From IMG/VR virus record IMGVR_UViG_3300021961_011210, positions 8,886 to 72,885 of that record: 64,000 bases of DNA. One strand, written 5' to 3'. The stretch is from a virus. The notes below the pieces were generated by a model. The model made no database searches. It was not told the origin of the DNA and saw only the letters and a program-made list of their open reading frames with translations. This document shows positions 38,139 through 47,682 of the stretch, in pieces. How positions within the stretch are numbered: the first letter of the stretch is position 1; each line of letters begins with the position of its first letter. The translations under genes were made by a program, and so were the position numbers.

Positions 38139-40082
38139 TTAAATCAATTTACCCCCACCTCTACTTGGTACTGTTATTAATGCCCCTGATGGACTTGGAA
38201 TAACCGTAAGAGTCGGTATACCTACAGATAATTTTCCGTTCTGATCCTGTTCATTTAAGTGTGCAACTGCTTTTGCTAAATCTGCAAGTAATGCGGTGTT
38301 AGTTGCACCTCCAGGGTAATCTCCAGTGGGTATACCTACTTTTTCATATTCCTCGATAATATTAGCAAATATTCTTGTTGGTGACATTCCAGGTAAAGAA
38401 TCTGTACTTAATAACAACGGTAGTGGAATATCATTCTGAACTCTTTTTGCTATATTCAATAAGGCTAAAAGTTCATCCAATAAACTGTTACATCTCCTAT
38501 AATCTATGACACCTTGAACAACAACCAAAATACTTTCAACAATTGCTAGAATAATTCTATTTCTTTTTTGTGTTGCTTCTGTTCCAATATCACGTATAAT
38601 ACTCTGAACAAGAAGTAAAAAATCTTTTTTAATTATTAGATACAATTCCTCCAAGTATATTGCGTAAACTCTACTTTGAACTTGGATTAAATAATTTTTA
38701 TATTTTTTTGCGAAATCCTCCAAAGAGTCAATAAAGTCTGATAAATTATCACCCAAGACTTTTGACAATAAAATTAGTGGAATAATATTCTTTGGTGACA
38801 GAAGTGTGTTTACAATTGCCTTTGGTAATATTTTCAAAAAATCTTCTTGGATTTTTAACTGTATATTTACGTCAGGTAACAATAATTTCCATTCATTTGA
38901 CATTTCGTTCAACATACTTTCTGCGGTGGCGTCTTCTTGGGAAAGATTGTTTGAATTTAAAATCCTTGTAACTAATGTAATCATGTCCTCAACTTGAACA
39001 GGTAGTTTTACATTATCACAATCTTCGAATTCGGTTACACGTCCTTGTATATTATTAATTCTGTCATCAATAATTCGTAAATCAATTTCACTCATTTCGA
39101 AAAATGACTCATCAATTAAATCTACTGATAATTTGGAAATACCACTAACGTCAATTTCATTTGTAGTGTCAAAACATAATCCTAAAATTCTTTGTAATAT
39201 TCTTTCAAATGTAGTCTGATCTCTGATGGTGTCAGCACCTAAATCAACTTTCATTGATATAGCACCCGTCAAATAGTCCATAACTTTACCATATAATTCA
39301 TGAACATCGAATAGATTTATACTGGAATAATAGTCAACAATAAAGTCGCCTATTCTATTTGAATTACCGAATCTATTCCTTAGAGTAATTTTGAAAAAGT
39401 CCCCGACATTACCAACGTCATCTGTTGGTGAGTATTCAATATCAAATAATGGTTGTCCCGAACTTCCCACATAGTAGTTAGAATATTCACCTAAAAAGGA
39501 TTGAGTGGGATCTTGTATTCTATGATAAAGTTGGCGGTTCATCGAATATGGATAAACACCTAAAGAATAATCATTTTTTTCATACAAAAGTTTTCCTACA
39601 GAAGTTGATGGATCTTCCTTTAGTATTGAAAACAAATCAACGGCGGGTATTCTTATATAGTAAACAGCTGGGCTCGAAGGGGTTGAAATCGGAAAAGATT
39701 GTTCTTGACTACAACCAAGTGCACTGATAGTTTCTTCGGCTAAAATTATTTTTAATTTATCTATTGTCCTGTTTGCTGCACGAATAAATCTTTTGGTAAG
39801 AAAACTAATTGTTGAAGTCCCTGAACCTTCAGTCAGTTTAAATAACTCTAACAGTTCATCTAAACTGTTGGGACCTTGTCCTAATTGATTTTGTGAAAAC
39901 TTTTTTGCGGAATCATTAAAATCTGATAATTTTTTCTGAACTTTTGCGTTGAGTTGTTCTGCGTTGTTTCCGAAGGAGTCTATCCGTGACTTTATTTCGT
40001 CTTCTTTTGCCTTTTTAGTCTTCTTGTATGCGGAGACTTTGGCTTTGATTTTTTTTAATTTTGTTTTCCTATCTACTGGCAT
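38139..40082 (-). CDS. Hypothetical protein, probably baseplate-associated
   Basis: 647 aa in an operon with the gp5-like gene. Confidence 0.75.
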   Translation of the reverse strand: MPVDRKTKLKKIKAKVSAYKKTKKAKEDEIKSRIDSFGNNAEQLNAKVQKKLSDFNDSAKKFSQNQLGQGPNSLDELLELFKLTEGSGTSTISFLTKRFIRAANRTIDKLKIILAEETISALGCSQEQSFPISTPSSPAVYYIRIPAVDLFSILKEDPSTSVGKLLYEKNDYSLGVYPYSMNRQLYHRIQDPTQSFLGEYSNYYVGSSGQPLFDIEYSPTDDVGNVGDFFKITLRNRFGNSNRIGDFIVDYYSSINLFDVHELYGKVMDYLTGAISMKVDLGADTIRDQTTFERILQRILGLCFDTTNEIDVSGISKLSVDLIDESFFEMSEIDLRIIDDRINNIQGRVTEFEDCDNVKLPVQVEDMITLVTRILNSNNLSQEDATAESMLNEMSNEWKLLLPDVNIQLKIQEDFLKILPKAIVNTLLSPKNIIPLILLSKVLGDNLSDFIDSLEDFAKKYKNYLIQVQSRVYAIYLEELYLIIKKDFLLLVQSIIRDIGTEATQKRNRIILAIVESILVVVQGVIDYRRCNSLLDELLALLNIAKRVQNDIPLPLLLSTDSLPGMSPTRIFANIIEEYEKVGIPTGDYPGGATNTALLADLAKAVAHLNEQDQNGKLSVGIPTLTVIPSPSGALITVPSRGGGKLI

Positions 40083-40090
40083 GGTTAAAC

Positions 40091-40465
40091 TTATTTGTTT
40101 AGTTTATAACCACCGTTATCTTCATTTTCCAAATCCTTATTAATTAACGTTTGCAACATGTCTTCATCCATGTCAGATAAAGAAAAATCTTCCTCATTAT
40201 TGTTTTGAGACTTTTCCCAAATTGAAGATTGTAATTTAGAAAGTGTTAATTTTTTTTCAATTGTTTCGTTTATAATTTTTTGTTGCTCTTTGAGAATACC
40301 TGAAATGGCTGGCATGTCTTTTGAATTGTTCATCATACCAATCAGTTTGTTTTGAATTCTTATTGCAGTTGCTCTTTGTTCTACAAGTTCATTGTAGATT
40401 TCCTGCATAAGACTCAAAACAGAATCCTTACTTAGTACTATTTCTTTTTTCTTTGGACGTGGCAT
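40091..40465 (-). CDS. Hypothetical coiled-coil protein
   Basis: 124 aa; ATG 5 nt after TATTTAT (40477-40471). Confidence 0.75.
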   Translation of the reverse strand: MPRPKKKEIVLSKDSVLSLMQEIYNELVEQRATAIRIQNKLIGMMNNSKDMPAISGILKEQQKIINETIEKKLTLSKLQSSIWEKSQNNNEEDFSLSDMDEDMLQTLINKDLENEDNGGYKLNK

Positions 40466-40495
40466 ATCTAATAAATATTTTGTCTGATATTTTTA

Positions 40496-41257
40496 TCAAT
40501 CACTGAACTTTTTCATAAGTTCATAATATAAAGTTTTATATTTTTTAAGAGAACTTCTTATTTCTTTTGTTGACATGTTAGTCATCTCCCTTAAAGAAAG
40601 TAAAATTATATTTTTATTAAATTTGTTGTTGTCGTTACCTATAAAAATTTCGTTGTAGTTTTCGAATAAATCAACTAACGCCTGTCCAAGTTTTCTTTCG
40701 TTAGAATTCAAATCATTTTCGTTAATAAAATCTTTGAGGTCTTTAAGAAACTGTTTTATTATTTGTTCGGGTTCGACTTTTTCAAATTCTAAATAATAAA
40801 TCATATCAGGACGATTTTCTAAGGTAGATGATATGTCTTCATATGAAATTTTACGGTTAATTTCTTTTTGATCCTTAATTATTTGTCCCATCAAATAATT
40901 TTTACAGATTGTGCCAAAGTAGGAATAGGCTTTTTTGTTTTTGTCTGGTTTGAATTTATCTACTTTTGTGATTAAAAAAGAGTGAGTGTCATTATGAATT
41001 TCTATAAAGTCCATATCTTTTCTATAAAGTTTATACCTTCTAATAATTGATTCAATCATCTTATCAAGAGGTGCTTTCAAGAATTCATTATAAATTGCAT
41101 TTTTTTCGTATGAAGTTTGGGCGGAAAGAAACAATCTTACCGCCTCCTCTTCACGTACGTCAAAATAGTTATTATTAGTGGGTTTACGTCCTCTTTTTTT
41201 AGCCTCTGGTTGATCTACCAAATTCAAAGAGGTTCCACTTATCACATCCAAAGTCAT
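40496..41257 (-). CDS. Late-transcription sigma factor (T4 gp55-like)
   Basis: Sigma region 2-like DKFKPDKNKKAYSYFGTICKNYL, preceded by YF...EEAV..F...IYNE.L..PL.KMIESII. Confidence 0.65.
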   Translation of the reverse strand: MTLDVISGTSLNLVDQPEAKKRGRKPTNNNYFDVREEEAVRLFLSAQTSYEKNAIYNEFLKAPLDKMIESIIRRYKLYRKDMDFIEIHNDTHSFLITKVDKFKPDKNKKAYSYFGTICKNYLMGQIIKDQKEINRKISYEDISSTLENRPDMIYYLEFEKVEPEQIIKQFLKDLKDFINENDLNSNERKLGQALVDLFENYNEIFIGNDNNKFNKNIILLSLREMTNMSTKEIRSSLKKYKTLYYELMKKFSD

Positions 41258-42060
41258 TAATCATTTTCAGGTTGATATTTTATTCCCCTGTCATCTGTAA
41301 AAAAATATTCTTTTTTTGCAGATTCAATCCAAAATTTCACCTCGTCATCTGACATTTTTGCTGTGTTATTTTTGTAATTCCAAAATATCGAACCCTCTCT
41401 CATGTTGGTGTGTTTGTAACCTATTTTCGGAATCGTCATAATTTTTGCCGAATTGTAAGTTAGTCTAAGTAGTAGTTCATAGACAAAGGTTAACTTAAAG
41501 GAAGGTTTAAAAGCACCAAATTCTTCAATTGTACTTTTTCTGATTACCATACCACTTGATTGAAAGTTTTGGTAAGCTAATAACATTTCATTTGTTAAAT
41601 ATCCAATTTCAGCGGTCATACTGGCTGCGAATGTTGCTTCATTAGTGAAACCCGCAAAAGTTCCTTTGTCGTCTACATCTACAACCAACGGTAAAAATCC
41701 GTCAACATCCGAATAAGCTTCCATGTATTCTGCGACGTTTTTGAACCAAATTGACGAATATTCGTCGTCAAATTCGTAAAATGACAACCACTCAGACTTA
41801 GCATTCTGAACACCAATCGAAATTTGATTGGCATACGAAAAATCATTTTGATTGGCAACGATATTGACTGTAAGTCCGCTGAAGTCGAAATTTGACAAAT
41901 AGTTTTTTAGACTTTCTTCGTTTGAATGAACAATCACTAATTCGTTAATATTTACTGATTGATTTTTAAGCGATAAAACCGCTTTTGTAAAATATGATTC
42001 AAAATCTTTTGCCTTTGAACTACTGATTGGTAGTATAACTGATATATCTAATTTTTTCAT
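41257..42060 (-). CDS. GT2/GT-A-like glycosyltransferase
   Basis: ISVILP, AVLSLKNQ, ELVIV, GVQNAKSEWLSFYEFDDEY. Confidence 0.75.
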   Translation of the reverse strand: MKKLDISVILPISSSKAKDFESYFTKAVLSLKNQSVNINELVIVHSNEESLKNYLSNFDFSGLTVNIVANQNDFSYANQISIGVQNAKSEWLSFYEFDDEYSSIWFKNVAEYMEAYSDVDGFLPLVVDVDDKGTFAGFTNEATFAASMTAEIGYLTNEMLLAYQNFQSSGMVIRKSTIEEFGAFKPSFKLTFVYELLLRLTYNSAKIMTIPKIGYKHTNMREGSIFWNYKNNTAKMSDDEVKFWIESAKKEYFFTDDRGIKYQPEND

Positions 42061-43124
42061 TGTTCTGATTCGTTTTTAATTTTTTCAACTTGGGATTCAA
42101 AATTCTGTAATCTCAATTGGTTATATTCGTTAAAAAGATGAAAAATATTTTTGTTAAATTTCTCATAGTCAACGTATTGTTGTGCGGTTTCGTAACCTGC
42201 AGTGTATATTTCTTCTGAAATATTATCCTCTAACCAATTTTGAGTAAATTCTGCTAAAGTATCGACAATATCCAAATACTCTGTTGTCCAAACTCCGTTG
42301 GTTTCATTCATCCATTCGGGACGTAGATGTGGGATTTTTCCAATAACGGGTGTTCCTGAAATCATAGATTCGAGTGGAAAACTCCCAAACGCCGAATTAT
42401 CATCAACCCATACAGAAACAAAACTTTCTTTCAAATTTTGAGCAAATTCTTCTAAGGATAATCCTCTCATGTCTCTAAATGTTATCCAACGGTATTGAGG
42501 ATATTTCAAATAAAAAGTTTTGATAATTTTCATTGCATCTCTCTGATCTCGTGTGTGGATTGTCACAACAGGTAAAGGTGGTTTTTGTTTCTTTGTGAAC
42601 CCTTTATAAATAATTGGTTCCAAAACATCTATAGATACACTTTTAAAAATTGACGATAAATAATTTTTTTGTGTTTCGGATGTTGTTATTGCTTTGTAAG
42701 TACCAAACTGAACCCAAGTCGATCCAGGTGCTAGTGTTTCAAGTGCATAATCATATGCTTGACATAAAACAATTTTTGCACAAGGTAGATTTGAAACCTG
42801 CTCAAGTGCGTGAGCAAAAAGTTCAGGAATTACTAAAATATCTTCAGGAGAAACTTGTAATTTTTGTTCTTCAATGTTCTGATGAGGAATTTCAGACATA
42901 TACTCCTCACCCAACCAACTTGCAACCCCGTCGTATTCTTTTTTTTCGTGTAAGATAATCGGGTTGAATCCACTATTTTTAAGTGACATTGCAATGTCGT
43001 AGATGTGTTTTATTCCTGCCTTCGCATTTCCTTTTGTATCTTGGGTTAAAAAGAAAATTTTATTTTCATTTTTTCTCAATATGTCGATAGACTTGAGAAT
43101 TTTTTCTTGTAGTTCTTGACTCAT
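42057..43124 (-). CDS. GT-B-like glycosyltransferase
   Basis: AGIKHIY, DILVIPE, FGSFPLESMISGTPVIG. Confidence 0.72.
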   Translation of the reverse strand: MSQELQEKILKSIDILRKNENKIFFLTQDTKGNAKAGIKHIYDIAMSLKNSGFNPIILHEKKEYDGVASWLGEEYMSEIPHQNIEEQKLQVSPEDILVIPELFAHALEQVSNLPCAKIVLCQAYDYALETLAPGSTWVQFGTYKAITTSETQKNYLSSIFKSVSIDVLEPIIYKGFTKKQKPPLPVVTIHTRDQRDAMKIIKTFYLKYPQYRWITFRDMRGLSLEEFAQNLKESFVSVWVDDNSAFGSFPLESMISGTPVIGKIPHLRPEWMNETNGVWTTEYLDIVDTLAEFTQNWLEDNISEEIYTAGYETAQQYVDYEKFNKNIFHLFNEYNQLRLQNFESQVEKIKNESEQ

Positions 43125-43128
43125 TTGG

Positions 43129-43398
43129 TTAAATACTTTTGATAATATTATTAACTAATAATGTATTAAATGCAATTCTAAAGGGAATACTTACTTCTTT
43201 GGATTTGCTTGACAACATTTCATCCATCGGTTCATGTTCAGACATTATTACTTCAACCATTGTTTTCATTATTTCAAATTTTATTGGACTAATGGTTGAT
43301 TCATTTTCTTGAGAATCCTGAGAATTTGATTCTGTTCTTGTTTCTAATTCTTTTAGATCCAAGTAATAGGTTTCACCCCAAATCTTAAACATTGACAT
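43129..43398 (-). CDS. Hypothetical protein
   Basis: 89 aa within the operon. Confidence 0.75.
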   Translation of the reverse strand: MSMFKIWGETYYLDLKELETRTESNSQDSQENESTISPIKFEIMKTMVEVIMSEHEPMDEMLSSKSKEVSIPFRIAFNTLLVNNIIKSI

Positions 43399-43996
43399 TT
43401 TCTATTATTTTTTGAATTGATGGTAAAAACTCTTCAATGGTATCGATGCATATTTCAGAGTTGACTTCACTATTATAAAGTTTGTTAAATTTTACAATTT
43501 GTGTATTGTTTTTTTGATTTTTTATTAAATCCGGATTTGCCGTTAATATTAAATCAAAATCATCCCAAAGTTTATCTTCTGTCAGTTTGGAATAAAAACG
43601 TATATTTTCGACTAAACATCCATATTTTGCAAGAAAAAATAGAGTTGCCGGTTTGCTTTTCTCCATTTCCTCAGAGATGATAGTGATTTCGTGATTATCT
43701 CTTAATTTTTTATATATCTCATCCAAAACATTAAATGTGTTACCGCTCACTGATGGAGAGTGCCCAAAAATTTCCATTGGGAAGTCCACATAAAAAAAAT
43801 CATAAAAAGATTCTTCAGTTGGGAAGGAAAAATGATTGGATAGTGTGGTGGATGTGATAGGCAAATTCAAAGAGTATTCAAACTCATCTTCACCCTCTTC
43901 TCTTACATAATCCTCAATAAAAAATTTACGGTAAACTTGTTCCGCTTTACGAAGTGTATCTCTAATTACACCATTTATGTCTATAGCAATTTTCAT
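43385..43996 (-). CDS. HAD-fold 5'(3')-nucleotidase-like protein
   Basis: MKIAIDINGVIRD (DxN variant of HAD motif I); later motifs look degenerate. Confidence 0.6.
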   Translation of the reverse strand: MKIAIDINGVIRDTLRKAEQVYRKFFIEDYVREEGEDEFEYSLNLPITSTTLSNHFSFPTEESFYDFFYVDFPMEIFGHSPSVSGNTFNVLDEIYKKLRDNHEITIISEEMEKSKPATLFFLAKYGCLVENIRFYSKLTEDKLWDDFDLILTANPDLIKNQKNNTQIVKFNKLYNSEVNSEICIDTIEEFLPSIQKIIENVNV

Positions 43997-43997
43997 C

Positions 43998-44750
43998 TTA
44001 TATTAGTTTTTTTGACGGTAAGGCAACTCCACGTTTTGATACAACTTCAGCCGACATTTCATTTGCAAAATTTATTGCCATTTCAATGTCTTTATGTAAA
44101 AAATAATGACATGAAAATGATGAAAGAAATGTGTCACCAGCGCCACTTACATCTATCGTTTCTTGCGGATTAGGGGATGGGTATATTTTGTCATTATATC
44201 TGACGCCTTCTTTACCTAAAGTCACAATAACATTTGTTTTTTTTACCATTGTTTTATTCAATTCAGATTCACCTTTATTCATTTTAATGAACGAATAATT
44301 GATAACTTTTTTTAAATTTAGTTTTTTTTTGGAATCTAAAAAAGATAATTCAGAATTCTCCGAAATATATTTTAAATCATTTTGACTTAAAAACCCTTTG
44401 TTATAATCACTCACCACAACAAAATCGTATTTTTTCAACTTTTTTGGTTTGAGTTGTTTTCGGTCGAATCGGGTTATTTTTGATTCCCCTTCATCGAATC
44501 TTAAAAACATGTGATTCGATTTTTTTTCCACAAATCTAGTTTTGGTTATTTTTTCTTTTTGATGGTAAAAATCTATACGAGCATCAGGGCAAAGTTTCTT
44601 AAGGTTTTGATAGACATTTCCCGCCATTCCCATGTTTGATACCGTATCTATTGGATTTAAAATAGGAACAGGGGCTTCAGGACAAATTCTGTCTGCAGTA
44701 CAATAAATGAAATTATCTTCACAAAGTTCTCCTACCACTAATATTTTCAT
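43998..44750 (-). CDS. HldE/RfaE kinase domain (heptose-7-phosphate kinase-like, PfkB family)
   Basis: RICPEAPVP, GMAGNV, KTRF, SDYNKG, TLGKEG, DVSGAGDTF. Confidence 0.88.
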   Translation of the reverse strand: MKILVVGELCEDNFIYCTADRICPEAPVPILNPIDTVSNMGMAGNVYQNLKKLCPDARIDFYHQKEKITKTRFVEKKSNHMFLRFDEGESKITRFDRKQLKPKKLKKYDFVVVSDYNKGFLSQNDLKYISENSELSFLDSKKKLNLKKVINYSFIKMNKGESELNKTMVKKTNVIVTLGKEGVRYNDKIYPSPNPQETIDVSGAGDTFLSSFSCHYFLHKDIEMAINFANEMSAEVVSKRGVALPSKKLI

Positions 44751-45144
44751 TCTGTAATATTTTTGTTGTTGAGTATTCTTCTATCCTGTCAAAAAATATG
44801 ATTTCTTTCACATATTGTGAACCTATGATTTTTTTATTTTTATAATCACTACCTATAACCATATAATCGATATCTAAATTTTTGATTATAGTTTCTAACT
44901 CTTCGTCTGATGAAAAACTGTAAACTTCATTTATATTTTTAAGGTATTTTAAAAATTCAATTCTATCTGACAATTTGTTGAAAGGACGATCAGTCCCCTT
45001 CAATTGTTTTACTCTTTCATCAGTGTCTACCCCAACAAATAAATTACCGAAGTTTGATGCAAATTCAAATAGACGTATGTGTCCGATATGGAGGACATCG
45101 AATGTTCCATTAATCCAAACTCGTTTCGGGTATGGTATTAACAT
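44719..45144 (-). CDS. HldE/RfaE nucleotidyltransferase domain (heptose-1-phosphate adenylyltransferase-like)
   Basis: NGTFDVLHIGH, D..V..LKG..RP.N...R, GSDY, YSTT. Confidence 0.88.
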   Translation of the reverse strand: MLIPYPKRVWINGTFDVLHIGHIRLFEFASNFGNLFVGVDTDERVKQLKGTDRPFNKLSDRIEFLKYLKNINEVYSFSSDEELETIIKNLDIDYMVIGSDYKNKKIIGSQYVKEIIFFDRIEEYSTTKILQNENISGRRTL

Positions 45145-45533
45145 TATTTTTGACTATCTCCTTTCCAAACTCTATATGAATCCGAATCGTAATGTGTGGT
45201 TGAAACCTCATATATGATACCATCGGTAAGTGCTAACAATTGGTGTGGTTGTCCCGGACGTTGACGAACCGAGTCACCAACAACTAAAGCTTCTTGCTCT
45301 ACCTCTGCGGTTTCAGTATTTATCCATTTGTAAATAAATTCACCCTCCTGTACATACCATGTCTCATCTTTAATCATGTGGTAATGCATTGAGAAACTAG
45401 CCCCTTTTTTGAACACCAATAATTTACCACAATAAAGTTCGTTGTTTTCAAAAACAATTTCATGTCCCCAACCTTTGGGGATATGACACCCTTCACATTC
45501 ACTTACATTTTTAACAATTGGTTTTTCCATCAT
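45144..45533 (-). CDS. Cupin, sugar isomerase/epimerase-like
   Basis: KGWGHE, SMHYH..KDETWYV..G, PGQPHQL. Confidence 0.8.
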   Translation of the reverse strand: MMEKPIVKNVSECEGCHIPKGWGHEIVFENNELYCGKLLVFKKGASFSMHYHMIKDETWYVQEGEFIYKWINTETAEVEQEALVVGDSVRQRPGQPHQLLALTDGIIYEVSTTHYDSDSYRVWKGDSQK

Positions 45534-45541
45534 ATTTCAAT

Positions 45542-46528
45542 TTAATATATTGAGTCGTTGTAATAGTTCATCCAATATTCAACCATTTCATCCAACATGG
45601 TTTCGAATGAATATGTAGGACTCCATCCCGTTGTATTTTTAAGTTTATTATTATCACCCTTCAAATCGTTTAGCTCTTCAGGGCGTAGAAATTTCTCATC
45701 CATGGTAACATATTCTTTGTAGTCCAAATCAAGACTTGAGAATACGTATTCACACAAATCTCTAACTGAGTGAGAAATACCCGTAGAACAAACAAAATCA
45801 TCGGGAGATTCTTGTTGGAGGATTAACCACATTGCCTCAACATAATCTTTAGCGTGTCCCCAATCTCGGGTGGCTTCTAAGTTACCCAATTTTAACTCAT
45901 TTGACAACCCAAGTTTAATTTTTACGGCTTCTTTTGCTACTTTGTTTGTTACAAAGTTTGTGCCTCTACGTGGGGATTCATGGTTGAAGAGTATGCCATT
46001 TGATACAAACATGTTGTAAGAGTTTCTGTAGTTTCTACAAATGTTGTAAGAATATACTTTTGCACACCCATATGGTGATACTGGATTCATAGGTGTTGTT
46101 TCTCTTTGAAAACCATCTTCGTCTATTGAGTTTCCAAACATTTCAGATGAAGATGCCTGATAAATTTTGGTATTTGGTTTAATTAATCTGACAGCTTCTA
46201 GTAAATTCAAAGTACCAACACCTGTTACTTGTGCAGTATAGATTGGTTGATCGAAAGAAATTCTTACATGAGACTGTGCGGCTAAATTGTAGATTTCATC
46301 AGGTTGTACTTTTTGAATTGTATTTACCAATGAAGACAAATCAGTCATGTCTGCGTAATGTAAGTTTGATTTAATTTTATCATAGATAGAATCCAATCTA
46401 AATGTTTGATTTTCTGAAACAGAATTTCTTTTGAGAGTACCATGTACCTCGTATCCTTTGTTGATTAAAAATTCTGCAAGATAACTACCATCTTGTCCGT
46501 TTATACCTGTTATTAATGCTTTTTTCAT
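45542..46528 (-). CDS. gmd: GDP-mannose 4,6-dehydratase
   Basis: ITGINGQDGSYL, YNLAAQSHV, QASSSE, SPYGCAK, FNHESPRRG, RDWGHA. Confidence 0.96.
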   Translation of the reverse strand: MKKALITGINGQDGSYLAEFLINKGYEVHGTLKRNSVSENQTFRLDSIYDKIKSNLHYADMTDLSSLVNTIQKVQPDEIYNLAAQSHVRISFDQPIYTAQVTGVGTLNLLEAVRLIKPNTKIYQASSSEMFGNSIDEDGFQRETTPMNPVSPYGCAKVYSYNICRNYRNSYNMFVSNGILFNHESPRRGTNFVTNKVAKEAVKIKLGLSNELKLGNLEATRDWGHAKDYVEAMWLILQQESPDDFVCSTGISHSVRDLCEYVFSSLDLDYKEYVTMDEKFLRPEELNDLKGDNNKLKNTTGWSPTYSFETMLDEMVEYWMNYYNDSIY

Positions 46529-47682
46529 ATGTGTTTGTTAACTATTTCAATTACTCTATCTAATTCTTCTTCTGTCATTAAGTGATTGTTCGGAATATAC
46601 ATTCCATATTCGTGTACTCGTTTTGCTATTGGTAAGTCGACTTTTTCGAATCTTTCATACCAAAATGGGTGCTCATTTATAGAACCACAAATCAGAGGAC
46701 GGCATTCTATGTTATTTTCCATTAACTCCTTAGTTAATTCTTTAATATTTTCTGTAATAATCGGATACGAAAAATTAGAAACCATAGAGTGAGGTTGGGG
46801 ATTTATTTTCCAACCGTCTGTTTTAATTTCTCGGTGGTATTTTAAAAAATTTTTATTTCTATTAAAAACAATATCATCTAACTTTTCTAATTGTTGGAGT
46901 CCTATGAATGCTTGTAAATCTGTTGCTCTCAGATTAAATCCGGGATAATAAAATGTGTATAAAGCCCGAAAATCACCTATACCATATTTTTCTCTAAGTT
47001 GTTTCTGCTTTTCAATCGGTAAATCTCTGTCCCATCCATGAGAACGAATAGATAAAAGAATATGATAAAGTTCTTCAGAATTTGTGGATACCATTCCACC
47101 CTCTATTGTGGACATGTGGTGTCCAAAATAAAATGAAAAAGTAGATAAATCACCAAAAGTCCCGAGTTTTTGTCCATCGTACATGGTACCAGTTGATTCA
47201 CAAGTATCTTCGATAAGAAGTATATCATGTTCCTTACACAATTCCATAATTTCATTCATGTGATTTGGAAAACCTAATACATGTACAAGTATTATACATC
47301 CGGGGTTTTCCTTTTCTATAATTTCCTTCAGGTGGTTGATATTTAATCCCAAATTATCTTCATCACATTCACACATGATGGGTGTCATACCGAGTTGTAC
47401 TGCGGGAGTTACTGTAGTTACCCAAGATACTGCGGGGACGACAATCTTGTTATTTTTCAATTTACCTGAAAGTAATAAAGAATATACCGCAGCTAAGTTT
47501 GCAGAAGAACCTGAGTTAACAAATACAGAATATTTTACACCCAACCACTCAGACCATTTTTGTTCGAATTCAACATTCAACTGTCCTTTTGTTAAACGAG
47601 GGTTAGTCTTTAACCATTCAATAAGTTTTTCGATATCTTTGGTATCGATGGTGTCTTTAACTAAATCAATTTTATTCATCAC
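46525..47682 (-). CDS. colD: GDP-4-keto-6-deoxy-D-mannose 3-dehydratase (ColD-like, DegT family)
   Basis: NSGSSANL, EDTCE, SFYFGHHMSTIEGG (His in place of the Schiff-base Lys), RSHGWDRDLP with no Fe-S cysteines. Confidence 0.8.
   Translation of the reverse strand: MMNKIDLVKDTIDTKDIEKLIEWLKTNPRLTKGQLNVEFEQKWSEWLGVKYSVFVNSGSSANLAAVYSLLLSGKLKNNKIVVPAVSWVTTVTPAVQLGMTPIMCECDEDNLGLNINHLKEIIEKENPGCIILVHVLGFPNHMNEIMELCKEHDILLIEDTCESTGTMYDGQKLGTFGDLSTFSFYFGHHMSTIEGGMVSTNSEELYHILLSIRSHGWDRDLPIEKQKQLREKYGIGDFRALYTFYYPGFNLRATDLQAFIGLQQLEKLDDIVFNRNKNFLKYHREIKTDGWKINPQPHSMVSNFSYPIITENIKELTKELMENNIECRPLICGSINEHPFWYERFEKVDLPIAKRVHEYGMYIPNNHLMTEEELDRVIEIVNKHI

Noticed and set aside
46525-47682. Perosamine synthase or CDP-sugar E1 dehydrase assignment
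   Set aside because: It lacks the catalytic Lys of aminotransferases and the Fe-S cysteines of E1. The neighbouring genes are GDP-pathway genes.
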